A stretch of 54,414 nucleotides of DNA from Verrucomicrobiota bacterium (GCA_036166355.1 JAYZHR010000052.1:1-54414); one strand, 5' to 3'; numbered from the stretch's first letter, positions 1 to 10,503 are shown. The notes: generated from the letters alone by a model not told the origin. Numbers and translations: made by a program.

Positions 1-552
1 GAAGCGCAAAGAACTGGAAAAACAATTCGAATTCGCTTTGACAATCCAGAAAAAGCAAATAATGAACCCCTTGATCAGCAAGATAATACGGTCAAAGTTA
101 ATTACCCTACAGTAGAATGGGAACCCAATCCATTAAAACAACCCGGACAATATAAAATATTACCTAATAGCCAAAACTATTCTCAAGATATTGATCAACT
201 CGTAATTATTGAATCAATTCAACTTACTGGTCTCGATGAAAAAATAACCCTTTCAGCTGTAAAACCATTAGATGAACAATCTGGTGAAACTGATAGCGAA
301 ACAACTCAACCATTTGAATATTCAACTCCTATATTACATTTCTACCAAGACGGTTCATGCGATTCCGCAAAGATTCAACTTAGCAGCCGAAACCCTGAAA
401 ACCTAAATAAATCTGTCGTTGAATTAATTGGCTTTACAGGAACTGTCCGTCACCAAATTATTGAAATATCACCTGATCAATCCAATAATATAGAGCCCAA
501 AAGTACTACCAAAGAAGAAATTGAAAACGATCAACCCCCAACCGGTCCATGA
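1..552 (+). CDS. 5'-truncated GspH/FimT-like minor pseudopilin (C-terminal part)
   Basis: Frame 1 is open from base 1 (EAQRTGKTIRIRFDNP...ILHFYQDGSCDSAKIQL...VELIGFTGTVR...PTGP*) to TGA at 550-552, which overlaps the next ATG (ATGA). EA..G..IRI.F and FY.DGS are typical of GspH. It lies before GspI/J/K-like genes. Missing from the ORF track because the start is outside the window. Confidence 0.75.
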   Translation, partial: EAQRTGKTIRIRFDNPEKANNEPLDQQDNTVKVNYPTVEWEPNPLKQPGQYKILPNSQNYSQDIDQLVIIESIQLTGLDEKITLSAVKPLDEQSGETDSETTQPFEYSTPILHFYQDGSCDSAKIQLSSRNPENLNKSVVELIGFTGTVRHQIIEISPDQSNNIEPKSTTKEEIENDQPPTGP

Positions 553-962
553 ATTTTCAAAATCAAAAAATCAATCTAAAAAAGACAGGGGCTGTATTAT
601 TCGAAGTTGTTTTAGCTTTGGTTTTGTTTTCATTTGCAGCTGTCATCATTGCTAATAGTTTCAGTTCATCACTTCTAAGCGTAGACCGTATGCGCGCAGA
701 TTTAGATGCCACAAATCTTGCGATCTCTACGCTTTCAGAAATAGAACTCGGAATTAAAGCTAAGGAAACCACTCCTACTACTGAATTTGAAGCGCCTTTT
801 GAAAAATGGACTTGGCAGGTTGAAACAACTGAACCAAGTGAGGATCTTGATATGGGTGGAGGTTTGACTCTTGTTGAAGTAATCATTCGCAATGAAGAGT
901 TAAATCGAGAAACACGGATTGCTCGTATGATGCGACCACAAGCAGAAACTGAAATCGATTAA
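549..962 (+). CDS. gspI: Type II secretion minor pseudopilin GspI-like
   Basis: Class III signal KKTG|AVLFEVVLALVLF with Glu at +5, small size, C-terminal WTWQVE...LTLVEVIIR, and position between H and J. Confidence 0.75.
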   Translation: MNFQNQKINLKKTGAVLFEVVLALVLFSFAAVIIANSFSSSLLSVDRMRADLDATNLAISTLSEIELGIKAKETTPTTEFEAPFEKWTWQVETTEPSEDLDMGGGLTLVEVIIRNEELNRETRIARMMRPQAETEID

Positions 963-990
963 TTGATAGGATAAATTTAATATATTCCCA

Positions 991-1812
991 ATGAATAATC
1001 GAAACCGATCAAACACTGCATTTACATTACTGGAAACATTACTAGCTGTAGTGATTGCAACCGGTTTATTGTCCACTGCAATGTACTTCTACCAGCAATC
1101 CAGCACATTCCGTTCTGATTTGATACTGGAAAACGAAAAAATTTCCAGCGCCAGATTGATTATTAATCGAATCAGCTCAGAATTACGAAGCTCCTTAGCA
1201 CATCCGAATCTAAATATAGGCCTTAAAGGCGAATCAAATTGGGTCGAATTTCTTAAAGCTGAAATACCCTCAAAAAGCAGTTGGCAAAACTCTGCTGTAA
1301 CTATTACCTCCGCATATCCTGAAACTGGATATCGATTAATTCGGTATGAATTGGCAATGAAGGATTTGATTAACGAAACCCTTAACAATAACGCAAATCG
1401 AAAGATGGTCGAAAGCCTTAATCTAGATGGAAATACAACCGACAATACAATTACAATAAAGCAAGGTGATGCAATTGACCGAACTGAACGACGACTTCTC
1501 ACTGCTAAATCATCCACCAACAATATATCCCCAGTTAAGATCGAGACAGTTCGAATAACCGACCAATTAAAATACATGCAATTTCGCTATCTAAACAATG
1601 GATCATGGGTAAATAACTGGTCAGGCCCAGACTTGCCAAGGGGAATTGAAATTAGCCTTGGGATAGAACCTTTATCAGCAACAAATTTGCTTGAAGAATA
1701 TACAAACCATGTATTTCGAAGGATTCTCAGTATCCCTGTTGAATATAGCCAGAACTTGGCCATATCAACAAACACAGAGCCTGATTTGGAGGATCAATCC
1801 ATAAGTCAATGA
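991..1812 (+). CDS. gspJ: Type II secretion minor pseudopilin GspJ-like
   Basis: Prepilin motif TA|FTLLETLLAVVI and the C-terminal MQFRYLNNGSWVNNW...LPRGIEISL signature typical of GspJ. Confidence 0.8.
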   Translation: MNNRNRSNTAFTLLETLLAVVIATGLLSTAMYFYQQSSTFRSDLILENEKISSARLIINRISSELRSSLAHPNLNIGLKGESNWVEFLKAEIPSKSSWQNSAVTITSAYPETGYRLIRYELAMKDLINETLNNNANRKMVESLNLDGNTTDNTITIKQGDAIDRTERRLLTAKSSTNNISPVKIETVRITDQLKYMQFRYLNNGSWVNNWSGPDLPRGIEISLGIEPLSATNLLEEYTNHVFRRILSIPVEYSQNLAISTNTEPDLEDQSISQ

Positions 1813-3197
1813 TTAAAATTATTTATAGGCCTTTGAATAATTCAGGAATCGCATTAATAGGTGTTCTAATTTTAATTGGACTACTTTCCATGATATCATT
1901 AAGTCTAATGTATCGCATTCAGGCATCTGTCACCTCTTCAACTACAACCCTACCAAACGAACAAGCATGGGCCACAGCATTAAGCGGGTTGGATAAATCA
2001 ATAGCCGTGATTACAGACCCCTCAAGGTCATCACAGAGCTGGATAAACAACCCCACCGATTTTGAACAACAATTAGTTTATGATGACGGAATCAACAAGT
2101 GGTATTTTTCCGTTTTCAGACAAGGAAATCTAGAATCCGGTGAGATTGCATTTGGGCTAACAGACGAAGCATCAAAACTACCATTAAATCTAACCAATAT
2201 AATCCAACTAATGTCCGTGCCAGGCATTACACTTCCGGCCGCTGAATCCATCGCTGATTTCTCTGATAGCGATTCAATTCCTAGAGATAACGGAGCAGAA
2301 CAAGATGTATACGACTTACTACCCGCCCCTTACAATATTCCTAATAAGCCTGTAAGTTTCATAGATGAATTACTATTGGTAAATGGCATCAATGCAGGAC
2401 ACCTATACGGGGAAGATGCAAATCGAAATTACAAACTTGATATAAACGAGAACGATGAAGATCTTGTATTCCCTCCAGACAATCAAGATGGCGCCCTGTC
2501 TGGAGGCCTTAACCGTTATTTCACCCTAAACTCACGTGACTGGAATGTGAACCGCTTAAACCAGCGACGTCTCAATATAAACGATACCAATATCGACTTA
2601 AGCTCACTAGGCATTCAACCTCAAATCGTTCAGTTTCTAGAAGCAAAACGAAAATCAAATGAGCCCATAAGTTCTCTTGTCGATCTTGTAGACGCCACAA
2701 TAACTGTCACCGAATCTGGAAACATAACAAGAGATTATGAATCAGGCGTTAATAAAGAAGATCTATATGGGTTAATGGATATTTTTACCACGGACTCTAG
2801 AGAAATTAGACCCGGTCTAGTTAATATAAACACTGCGCCAGCTAACATTCTTGAACAGATCCCTGGAATAGATGAGAATTTGGCCAGTACAATAATTTCG
2901 ACCAGAAACAGCATTGCCCTAGATAAAAGCTCTTCACTAGCATGGCTCCTGGAGACTGACACCTTAGAAATTGACCAATTCAAACAACTTGAACCATATC
3001 TAACCGCGCGAAGCTTTCAGTTCCATATCCAAGTCATTGGGTATGGACTCCCATCGGGGCAATTTAAATTAATCGAATCAGTAGTTGATTTAATTGGCTC
3101 TGCCCCACGAATTATTTACCTCAGAGATTTGACCAAACTGGGCATTCCATATCATTTTAGTGCCCAGCGAGAATCAGATATTAATAACTATGAGTGA
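1809..3197 (+). CDS. gspK: Type II secretion minor pseudopilin GspK-like
   Basis: SG|IALIGVL lacks Glu5, as expected for GspK. Also DEASKLPLN, DELLLVNGI, an acidic Ca-binding-like loop (DANRNYKLDINENDED) and a helix-hairpin-helix (VNINTAPANILEQIPGIDENLA). ATGA overlap with gspJ. Confidence 0.85.
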   Translation: MIKIIYRPLNNSGIALIGVLILIGLLSMISLSLMYRIQASVTSSTTTLPNEQAWATALSGLDKSIAVITDPSRSSQSWINNPTDFEQQLVYDDGINKWYFSVFRQGNLESGEIAFGLTDEASKLPLNLTNIIQLMSVPGITLPAAESIADFSDSDSIPRDNGAEQDVYDLLPAPYNIPNKPVSFIDELLLVNGINAGHLYGEDANRNYKLDINENDEDLVFPPDNQDGALSGGLNRYFTLNSRDWNVNRLNQRRLNINDTNIDLSSLGIQPQIVQFLEAKRKSNEPISSLVDLVDATITVTESGNITRDYESGVNKEDLYGLMDIFTTDSREIRPGLVNINTAPANILEQIPGIDENLASTIISTRNSIALDKSSSLAWLLETDTLEIDQFKQLEPYLTARSFQFHIQVIGYGLPSGQFKLIESVVDLIGSAPRIIYLRDLTKLGIPYHFSAQRESDINNYE

Positions 3198-4890
3198 ATT
3201 AAAACCCATTAATTCCAATATATTTAAAAAAGGCTTAGATAGAATAACTAACCGCCTTAAAAGAAGAGGAGAAATTACCGCACTCGATATCGATCAGCGG
3301 ATGCTCCGAATTGTTCACGCAACTATGTCTCGAGGCTTATCTCGAGTGCGTCGCATAGAACTTATACCTCTCCCAGCTGAAGGATTAGATCTAAAAAGCC
3401 CTAAAGCCACCGGAGAATGGATTGGAAAACAACTAAAAAGAATACGCCTTACCCCTGGCGTAGTAGTAATGGCTGCGAGAAGAGGAGAATCAATCCTAAA
3501 GGAATATCAGTTCCCTCCAATGAAGGATATCGGTGAAATGGCCTCTATGGTAAGAGTTAGAGCAAGCCGTGACCTTCCTTTTCCGGAATCACAAGCATCA
3601 ATAGATTTCACTGTTACAAAAGCCCCAAACAAAAGAGAAATCAAAGTATCCAAAAACGATTCATCCAATTCAAATAAAACAAACGAAGCTAAAACAAACG
3701 TAGTCGTATCTGCCATAAAAAATGAAACACTGAATTTCTATAAAACAATGGCAGAATCAGCAGGATTTACTTTAGCCGGACTCGGACTTCGGCCAATGGC
3801 ATCATTTCGCGTACTTAAAACCTGTGTTCCAGATATAGTAAAGAATGCGGTTGCCCTTATTTCCATTAGACGACATGAAGTTGACGTCGATATACTCGTC
3901 GATGGAAGGTTAGTTTTTAGCCGTGAATTATCAGCTAACTTAAATTTCCCTGAAAACCATCATGAATCTGATATACAAAATAATCTAATTCAACTATCCA
4001 AGGAAATATATCGCTGTCTACACAGCTATGAAGGTTCCGAATCTTATCAAAAACTAGACCATCTACTTGTTGCAGGTGGTACAGGGATAGAAGAAAAACT
4101 CTGCCAATGCCTCGATTCGCAATCTAACCTCAAGTGGCAAAGCATGCCACCTCCCTCGGGACTTCGTTTGCCAAAGAATATAAAAGAAAATACTGCGCGC
4201 GCCTTAACATCACTCGGGCTAGCACTAGGATTCCTAGATGAAGGCGGCCTTGCTGTTAACTTCCTTTCACCTAAAAAGCCTGTTGTTAAAAGGAACGAAG
4301 GTCGAACAAAATGGCTTCTTGGAATGTGCCTACTAATCGCAGGTACACTTATGATGTTTTCAGTTCAAAAACGTTTTAAGTCTAATGCCCAATCAGCACT
4401 AGATGAACTTGCCCCAATCTATTCAAAACTAAAAAAAGATGAACGAACAAATAAGATCATTATTCGCACCGGCGACGCTGTAACAGCATGGAGTAAAGAG
4501 TCTAAAGATTGGCTTGGACATTTTGCATTTCTCAGCACAGTCCTACCATCATGCGAAAAAGTATATTTGAAAAACTTGGGGACTCGTCGTGTTGGCCAAA
4601 ACGGTGTCATAACTTTTCAATTACAAGCAAAAGACAGTTCAACACTTCACAGCGTAGAAAGCCGACTAAGAGAGTTAGGCTACGTATTTAAATCCATACC
4701 ACAAACACCAGGAAACGATCGTCACGGTTATACTTTTAGAGCCTCTTTTGAACTAATGATACCTGATAACTTCAAGCATGACTTAAAGAGTTACCTCAAC
4801 ACAAACACACCCCCAGCTCGCATAAATGACGATATTCATGCAAATGGACTCTCAAGTATTGAGCAAAATAGAGAGGATTCAAATGGCTAA
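3190..4890 (+). CDS. GspL-like inner-membrane platform protein (PilM-like actin fold + TM + PilN-like periplasmic domain)
   Basis: ITALDID, RELS, LLVAGGT and LGLALG...VNFL match PilM/FtsA-like motifs, followed by one TM helix (WLLGMCLLIAGTLMMF) and a PilN-like region. Start reassigned to ATG 3190, overlapping the gspK stop. Confidence 0.7.
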   Translation: MSELKPINSNIFKKGLDRITNRLKRRGEITALDIDQRMLRIVHATMSRGLSRVRRIELIPLPAEGLDLKSPKATGEWIGKQLKRIRLTPGVVVMAARRGESILKEYQFPPMKDIGEMASMVRVRASRDLPFPESQASIDFTVTKAPNKREIKVSKNDSSNSNKTNEAKTNVVVSAIKNETLNFYKTMAESAGFTLAGLGLRPMASFRVLKTCVPDIVKNAVALISIRRHEVDVDILVDGRLVFSRELSANLNFPENHHESDIQNNLIQLSKEIYRCLHSYEGSESYQKLDHLLVAGGTGIEEKLCQCLDSQSNLKWQSMPPPSGLRLPKNIKENTARALTSLGLALGFLDEGGLAVNFLSPKKPVVKRNEGRTKWLLGMCLLIAGTLMMFSVQKRFKSNAQSALDELAPIYSKLKKDERTNKIIIRTGDAVTAWSKESKDWLGHFAFLSTVLPSCEKVYLKNLGTRRVGQNGVITFQLQAKDSSTLHSVESRLRELGYVFKSIPQTPGNDRHGYTFRASFELMIPDNFKHDLKSYLNTNTPPARINDDIHANGLSSIEQNREDSNG

Positions 4891-5902
4891 GCCCCAATTG
4901 AAGACAATACTGCTCTCGAGCATTTGCTTAATAACAATAGTGATTGTTATTAATAAAGCTATAATCCCATGGATGAGCGACCCGGTTAGACTATTAGAAC
5001 AAGCTACAGCTAATCGAAAAAAACAAATCAAAGATCTTAATAGCATTAAAAGAAAAGCCGATTTACATCGAAAAAAATTAGCAAAATTAAACACTCTAGG
5101 ATTTGCAGATAATTCCCCTGAAGCTATTGCTAAAATGGGCGAACATCTCACGCGAATCATCAAGCAAAGCGGATTAACTGAAACGGCTTTTTCAAGGCGC
5201 CCATTCGAGCCAAGAGCCATAGTTAAAAACGGCCCTAAACCGATTGGCTATACAGTAAGCGGAGAAGGCTCAACAAAAAAAATTACTGATCTTTTATTTT
5301 TACTACAAAATGACCCTCATATTCAAAGAGTGGAAAACATCTCATTATCACCCATTAGCGGAAGCACAAACGTAAGAGTTAATTTTCAATTTATCTCATT
5401 AGTTATTGGAACTAAGTACGGTAATTTCAAAGGAACCAATACGCCACCTGAAATGCCCAAAATCAAAAGCGAAGCTCGTGATTTATATTCAGGAATAACC
5501 AAAAGAGCTTTATTTCTACCTTACGAAAAAAAAGCATCTACCCCACCACCACCATCCAATCAGCCAAAAACAAAAACCACCCCGCCCCCACCTGGGCCTG
5601 AATCATACAAAGTAGTCTCCTTAAGCCAATGGAAAGGCAAACAGGAAGTGATGATTTATAATTCCATCAAAAAAGAAACTAAAAGTTACAAGTTAGGAGA
5701 CTCCCTAGCAGGAGGAACTATCGTGATGATTGATTATCGCCAAATGCCTTTTCCAAATAAACCAGAACTATTATCTCAAAGCAGAGTAATAGTATTAATT
5801 AAGGCCAAATACTGGGCTATTGAGAGAGGAAATACCATGGCCGATATGTATCAACTTACGCTTGAACAATTACCGGAAAATATAAAAAACAGCCAATTAT
5901 GA
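4883..5902 (+). CDS. GspM/PilO-like protein with Pro-rich linker and C-terminal GspC/PilP-like beta domain
   Basis: N-terminal TM, coiled coil, ferredoxin-like YTVSGEGS..ITDLLFLLQ..RVENISL, linker TPPPPSNQPKTKTTPPPPGP, then SYKLGDSLAGGTIVMID. Start ATG 4883 overlaps the previous stop. Confidence 0.6.
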   Translation: MAKPQLKTILLSSICLITIVIVINKAIIPWMSDPVRLLEQATANRKKQIKDLNSIKRKADLHRKKLAKLNTLGFADNSPEAIAKMGEHLTRIIKQSGLTETAFSRRPFEPRAIVKNGPKPIGYTVSGEGSTKKITDLLFLLQNDPHIQRVENISLSPISGSTNVRVNFQFISLVIGTKYGNFKGTNTPPEMPKIKSEARDLYSGITKRALFLPYEKKASTPPPPSNQPKTKTTPPPPGPESYKVVSLSQWKGKQEVMIYNSIKKETKSYKLGDSLAGGTIVMIDYRQMPFPNKPELLSQSRVIVLIKAKYWAIERGNTMADMYQLTLEQLPENIKNSQL

Positions 5903-7029
5903 GTCAGACAGTGAAACTGCTGCACGACCTTATTGCTTTACCTAGCATCAATACTGCATTCCTTTCAAAAAACAATTCACTGGCTGGTGAAGAACGCATT
6001 ATAGATTATATTATAGGACGCGCTAACAAGGCAAAACTGGATACAGAAAAACAACAAACCGAATGCGGTCGCAGTAACCTGATTATCAAATTAGCCCCAA
6101 AAGGCAAAATAAAACACAGGATAATTCTTGGTCCACACCTTGATACAGTTGGGGTAGATAACACAGCCATGTTAAACCCCAAAAAAAAAGGAAATAAAAT
6201 ATACGGGCGAGGAGCCTGCGACACCAAGGGAAGTGTGGCAGTTATGCTCAACTCAATAGAAAAACTTTCAAAAGATAGAGGACGGCCAAGTAATACAGAA
6301 ATTGTTTTTATCGGTTTTGTGGATGAGGAATGCAATCAAACAGGTTCTCGTGCATTCCAAAATTTAAATATGAATGCTGACCTTGCACTAGTTGGGGAGC
6401 CAACTCGATGCAAAGTTGTCACAGCTCACAAGGGAGATTTTTGGTTAAAAATTCAGACCAAAGGAAAATCAGCTCATGGAGCACGGCCAGAACTAGGCAA
6501 TAACGCTGCACATTTAATGGCTAAATGCATAGATCTTATAGAAACAAAATACGCAAGTAGACTCCGTAAAATAAACCACCCTATCCTCGGATCTCCAACT
6601 ATTAACACAGGCATAATCAAATGCGGATCACAGCCCAATATCGTCCCAGACTACTGCGAGGCAGATTTAGACAGAAGAACTTTACCCAGAGAAACTTTCC
6701 ACACAATAAAGCGTGAAATTCACGAACTTTTTAAAAAAAACAATTTAAAGGCAAATATTTCAAATATTAAAAAATTTCCCTGTCCCGCAATGGAAACTGA
6801 TCATAAAACGCCTTGGGTTCAAAATTTTATGCGCACGGTGAGGCAATCGAAACCTATCGGTGTCGACTATTATTGTGATGCCGCAAATATAGCTACCACA
6901 GGAATCCCAACAGTAGTCTGGGGACCTGGTGATATAGCACAAGCACACACAGTGAATGAATGGATCACTTTAACTCAAATAGAACGAGGTATAAATATAT
7001 TGATGCGCTTTCTCTCATCTCTTCCATGA
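5899..7029 (+). CDS. M20 family metallopeptidase/deacylase (ArgE/DapE-like)
   Basis: Motifs GPHLDTV, GRGACDTKG, VDEE, GEPT, GKSAHG and GPGDIAQAHT. Confidence 0.9.
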   Translation: MSQTVKLLHDLIALPSINTAFLSKNNSLAGEERIIDYIIGRANKAKLDTEKQQTECGRSNLIIKLAPKGKIKHRIILGPHLDTVGVDNTAMLNPKKKGNKIYGRGACDTKGSVAVMLNSIEKLSKDRGRPSNTEIVFIGFVDEECNQTGSRAFQNLNMNADLALVGEPTRCKVVTAHKGDFWLKIQTKGKSAHGARPELGNNAAHLMAKCIDLIETKYASRLRKINHPILGSPTINTGIIKCGSQPNIVPDYCEADLDRRTLPRETFHTIKREIHELFKKNNLKANISNIKKFPCPAMETDHKTPWVQNFMRTVRQSKPIGVDYYCDAANIATTGIPTVVWGPGDIAQAHTVNEWITLTQIERGINILMRFLSSLP

Positions 7030-7049
7030 TTTTTCTAATAATTTAAATC

Positions 7050-8225
7050 ATGAAATTAGCGATTCTAACACATGAGCCATTTTACCCTCCATCAGGAGGA
7101 GGTTCAGCCGAGTTAATTTATTTAGTAAATCAACTGACAAGCCACAATCACGATGTGCATCTTTTTTGTCCGAAATTCCCTGATGTGAATCAAGTCGGAA
7201 AACAGTTTTCCATTCAAGTCCACCCATTCAAAATATGGCAAATGAGCCGATATACAAATTTTCGATTAATTAAATATTTATTATACCCATTTGCACTACG
7301 CCGTTTAGTCAAAAGAACAGCCAAGAATATTCACTTCGATGTCATTCTTTCCCAACATGCGATCTCATCGGTTGCAGCAGGGCAACTTAAAACTGACTTA
7401 GACATTCCTGTAGCAATGAATTTTTTGGATCACCTTACTGGATTTATGGAAACATGGCCCAGGTGGATAATTCCTCGTTTCATACTAAAACGCTTAATGC
7501 AATTCGAATTGAATTTACCCTGCAGATATAATGCAAATGCAGTTCTTACAGTTTCAAAGGAACTATGTAGACGCTTTATTGAAACTGGCTTTGATTCATC
7601 TCGTATTATTACAATTAATTACGGTTATGACTCTGAATTATTTAAACTCAGTAAAATAAAAATCAAATCATCCCCGACCGTTGTCATGCACGGTTCATTT
7701 GACACACATCACCTTGGAGAAATAGCAACAAAATCTATTTACCTAATCGCCAAATCAAGACCTGAAGTTAGATTTCTTTTTGTGGGAAAAGAAACAAAAT
7801 CATTAAAAAATTTATCAAAAAAAATACGTCAAAAATTACCTGAAGCTAATATTACATGTACAGGTTTCATAGAATATAAAACAATATCAAATAAGCTAAC
7901 CCAAGGGCATGTCGGCATTATCCCCTATGAAGAATCAGCCGGTTCCCACTGTGCTTTTGTTGCAAAAATGGTAGAATATGCGGCTGTCGGGCTGCCTGTT
8001 GTCAGCACTCCTCTTTCCGGGACCAAAACGTTCTTTTCCAACGAGCCCTCTATTTGCTTCTCAAAATTCGATGGAAATGAATTCTCGGTAGACGTTCTTA
8101 AAATGCTTGATTCTCCTCCCCAATTTAATGCAATAGAAAAGTTAGCTAAACGTGTTGAAAACGAACTAAACTGGAAAACTATTTGCAACAAGGTCGTCAA
8201 TCAATTGGAAGCATTACACCCATGA
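7050..8225 (+). CDS. GT-B fold glycosyltransferase family 4
   Basis: N-terminal YPPSGGG, VLTVS, INYGYD, KMVEYAAVGLPVVST and C-terminal LNW. Confidence 0.9.
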   Translation: MKLAILTHEPFYPPSGGGSAELIYLVNQLTSHNHDVHLFCPKFPDVNQVGKQFSIQVHPFKIWQMSRYTNFRLIKYLLYPFALRRLVKRTAKNIHFDVILSQHAISSVAAGQLKTDLDIPVAMNFLDHLTGFMETWPRWIIPRFILKRLMQFELNLPCRYNANAVLTVSKELCRRFIETGFDSSRIITINYGYDSELFKLSKIKIKSSPTVVMHGSFDTHHLGEIATKSIYLIAKSRPEVRFLFVGKETKSLKNLSKKIRQKLPEANITCTGFIEYKTISNKLTQGHVGIIPYEESAGSHCAFVAKMVEYAAVGLPVVSTPLSGTKTFFSNEPSICFSKFDGNEFSVDVLKMLDSPPQFNAIEKLAKRVENELNWKTICNKVVNQLEALHP

Positions 8226-9526
8226 TAGACACCGCATCTAAAAAAACATTCTTCATACAAGGTAGTTGGATGCTAACTGCAACAATGGCTAGCGGAATAC
8301 TAATGTTCGCTGTCCATTTCTTTGGCGGATGGATGAAAGCCAGCGAGTACGGCCTATTCGTGACCTTACTTCAGGTTTTAAATCTAGCAATGATACCCGC
8401 ACTTGGACTCCAAACGGTATTTGCACAGCAAACCGCATTAGCTAAAACACCTAGCGAATTAGCAAATCTTTCAATCTCTATCAGAAAAGTTTTTTTAATA
8501 TGTATTGGAATATGGTCGTTTACAGCACTTTTACTACTACTCCTACACACACCCATTCTTAGAATACTTAAGATAAACAATTCAATCCCTATATACTTAA
8601 CTATCGCTATTGGATTACCTCAACTTTGCCTTCCAATATTACTAGGAATATTACAAGGGCAACAAAATTTTTGCTGGCTGGGCGGTACAGCTATTACCAA
8701 CGGATTAATAAGATTTTTAACTGTGGGAATCTTGGTCGCGGGATTAGGAATGCAAGCAAACGGGGCAATATCAGGCGTGCTTATTGGCTTAGTCGCAGCT
8801 TTTACCCTAGCAACTTGGCATGGGCGAAATGCATGGACAAAAGATAACTCTCTAAAAGGACAATTTCAACCAAGCTACTGGCTTCGCCGTATAGTACCAT
8901 TAACACTTGGTCTTGGAGCAGGGCAATTCATGTTAAGCGCAGATATGATTGCTGCACGAATTACCCTTCCTGATAATGACTCAGGAATTTATGGTGCAGC
9001 GGGTATGATTGGACGAGGATTGGTGATTTTCACTGCTCCACTAGCCGCAGTAATGCTACCTAAAATAATACGCTCAAAAGATCATGAAGAACAAAACATA
9101 CTCAATCATACTTTTTCAAGAACTGCTATTCTAAGCATAATATTTTGTTCCGGATGCACACTTGCCGCTTGGATTACCCCTTCAATAACCGAATCAGTGC
9201 CCATACTGTCTTTAAAACAAAAAAACATTACAAACATAACTTCTTTAGTCCCTTATTTTGTCTGGTCAATGCTCCCTTTGGCTTTGGCAAATGTTTATGT
9301 TGTAGCTCTTTTAGCGAAAGAACAATACAAAGGAATTCCCATGCTGATATTAGTTGCCACAACTTATGCATTAACTCTTATCTGGCTTACTAATAATCCC
9401 AATATTGCAAATAATGTGACGATCATATTTACGCTGGGGCTATTTAATTTATGTTATCTTGGATTATCCAGATACCTAATAATAATGCGATACAACAATA
9501 CAACCTCTCAATCGACAAACCCCTAA
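8222..9526 (+). CDS. Polysaccharide/oligosaccharide flippase (Wzx/MOP superfamily)
   Basis: About 12 hydrophobic segments with EYGLF, LGILQGQQNF, D...SGIYGAA and VMLPKI. Start ATG 8222 overlaps the GT4 stop (ATGA). Confidence 0.8.
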   Translation: MIDTASKKTFFIQGSWMLTATMASGILMFAVHFFGGWMKASEYGLFVTLLQVLNLAMIPALGLQTVFAQQTALAKTPSELANLSISIRKVFLICIGIWSFTALLLLLLHTPILRILKINNSIPIYLTIAIGLPQLCLPILLGILQGQQNFCWLGGTAITNGLIRFLTVGILVAGLGMQANGAISGVLIGLVAAFTLATWHGRNAWTKDNSLKGQFQPSYWLRRIVPLTLGLGAGQFMLSADMIAARITLPDNDSGIYGAAGMIGRGLVIFTAPLAAVMLPKIIRSKDHEEQNILNHTFSRTAILSIIFCSGCTLAAWITPSITESVPILSLKQKNITNITSLVPYFVWSMLPLALANVYVVALLAKEQYKGIPMLILVATTYALTLIWLTNNPNIANNVTIIFTLGLFNLCYLGLSRYLIIMRYNNTTSQSTNP

Positions 9527-10503
9527 GAAAGTTGATATTTTTTTAACGCATCAAGCATTGCCTGAACAGAAGGATAACGATTACGCGAATCCTTCTCCAG
9601 CGCACGAGAACAAATCTCCTCAAGTGCATCAGGAATATCGAGATGAGATGCAATTTCGCTTGGATTCGGAAAATCTTTTTTAAGAAGATTATTAGCCACC
9701 TCCTCTGCAGTCTCTCCATCAAGCAATTGAGTAAGTGTTAAGATTTCAAAAAGAATATTACCAAGACTAAATACATCTACTCTCCCATCAATATGTGAAT
9801 CCCCTCGAGCTAATTCCGGAGCCATATAAAGAGGAGTACCGTAACGTCGCCCAGCCGGAGTTAACGAGGGATCCGCATTAGCAGGAACAGATTTATGCTC
9901 AATGTCAGATTCACCCCATACTTTTGCTAAACCCCAATCAAGAACCAGAACTTCACTAAATCCACCAATAAGAATATTAGCAGGCTTAAGATCACGATGA
10001 ATAACCCCATGATCATGCGCATAAGCAACAGTCTGACATACTTGTATTAGTGAATCGACAAGCACGCTGAGTGGAAATAAATTCATTATTTTGTCATCCT
10101 TATTTTTTAATCCATCAATTATATCCTTTAGATTCCGGCCTCGAACACGCTTCATTGTGAAATAGATGTCACCGTTCCTATCCCTTCCCATTTCATAAAC
10201 AGGAACTGTTCCCGGGTGTGCCAATTTGGCTGTAACGCGTGCCTCCCTAAGAAAACGTTGTATTTCAATTTCGGATTCCCTTAATTCTGAATGAAGTGTT
10301 TTATAAACAACCTCTCGATGCAGGTTTATATCACGACAAGTAAACAATTTAGCCGTACCACCCTCGGTCATAAGTTTGAAATCTGTATATTTTAGCGATC
10401 CACTCTTCCAGTGTACTGGAAAATTACCATCAGTATCAGAAAGATGTAATGTTGTATCGTGCAATTCCATCTCTTTCCTAATATTTCTCGAACTATGCCC
10501 CAT
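9523..10503 (-). CDS. Stand-alone Hanks-type Ser/Thr protein kinase
   Basis: VYK, RFLREARVTAKLAHP, HRDLKPANIL, LDWGLAK, GTPLYMAPE and DVFSLG. No TM or sensor domain. An alternative start is ATG 10470. Confidence 0.92.
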   Translation of the reverse strand: MGHSSRNIRKEMELHDTTLHLSDTDGNFPVHWKSGSLKYTDFKLMTEGGTAKLFTCRDINLHREVVYKTLHSELRESEIEIQRFLREARVTAKLAHPGTVPVYEMGRDRNGDIYFTMKRVRGRNLKDIIDGLKNKDDKIMNLFPLSVLVDSLIQVCQTVAYAHDHGVIHRDLKPANILIGGFSEVLVLDWGLAKVWGESDIEHKSVPANADPSLTPAGRRYGTPLYMAPELARGDSHIDGRVDVFSLGNILFEILTLTQLLDGETAEEVANNLLKKDFPNPSEIASHLDIPDALEEICSRALEKDSRNRYPSVQAMLDALKKYQLS

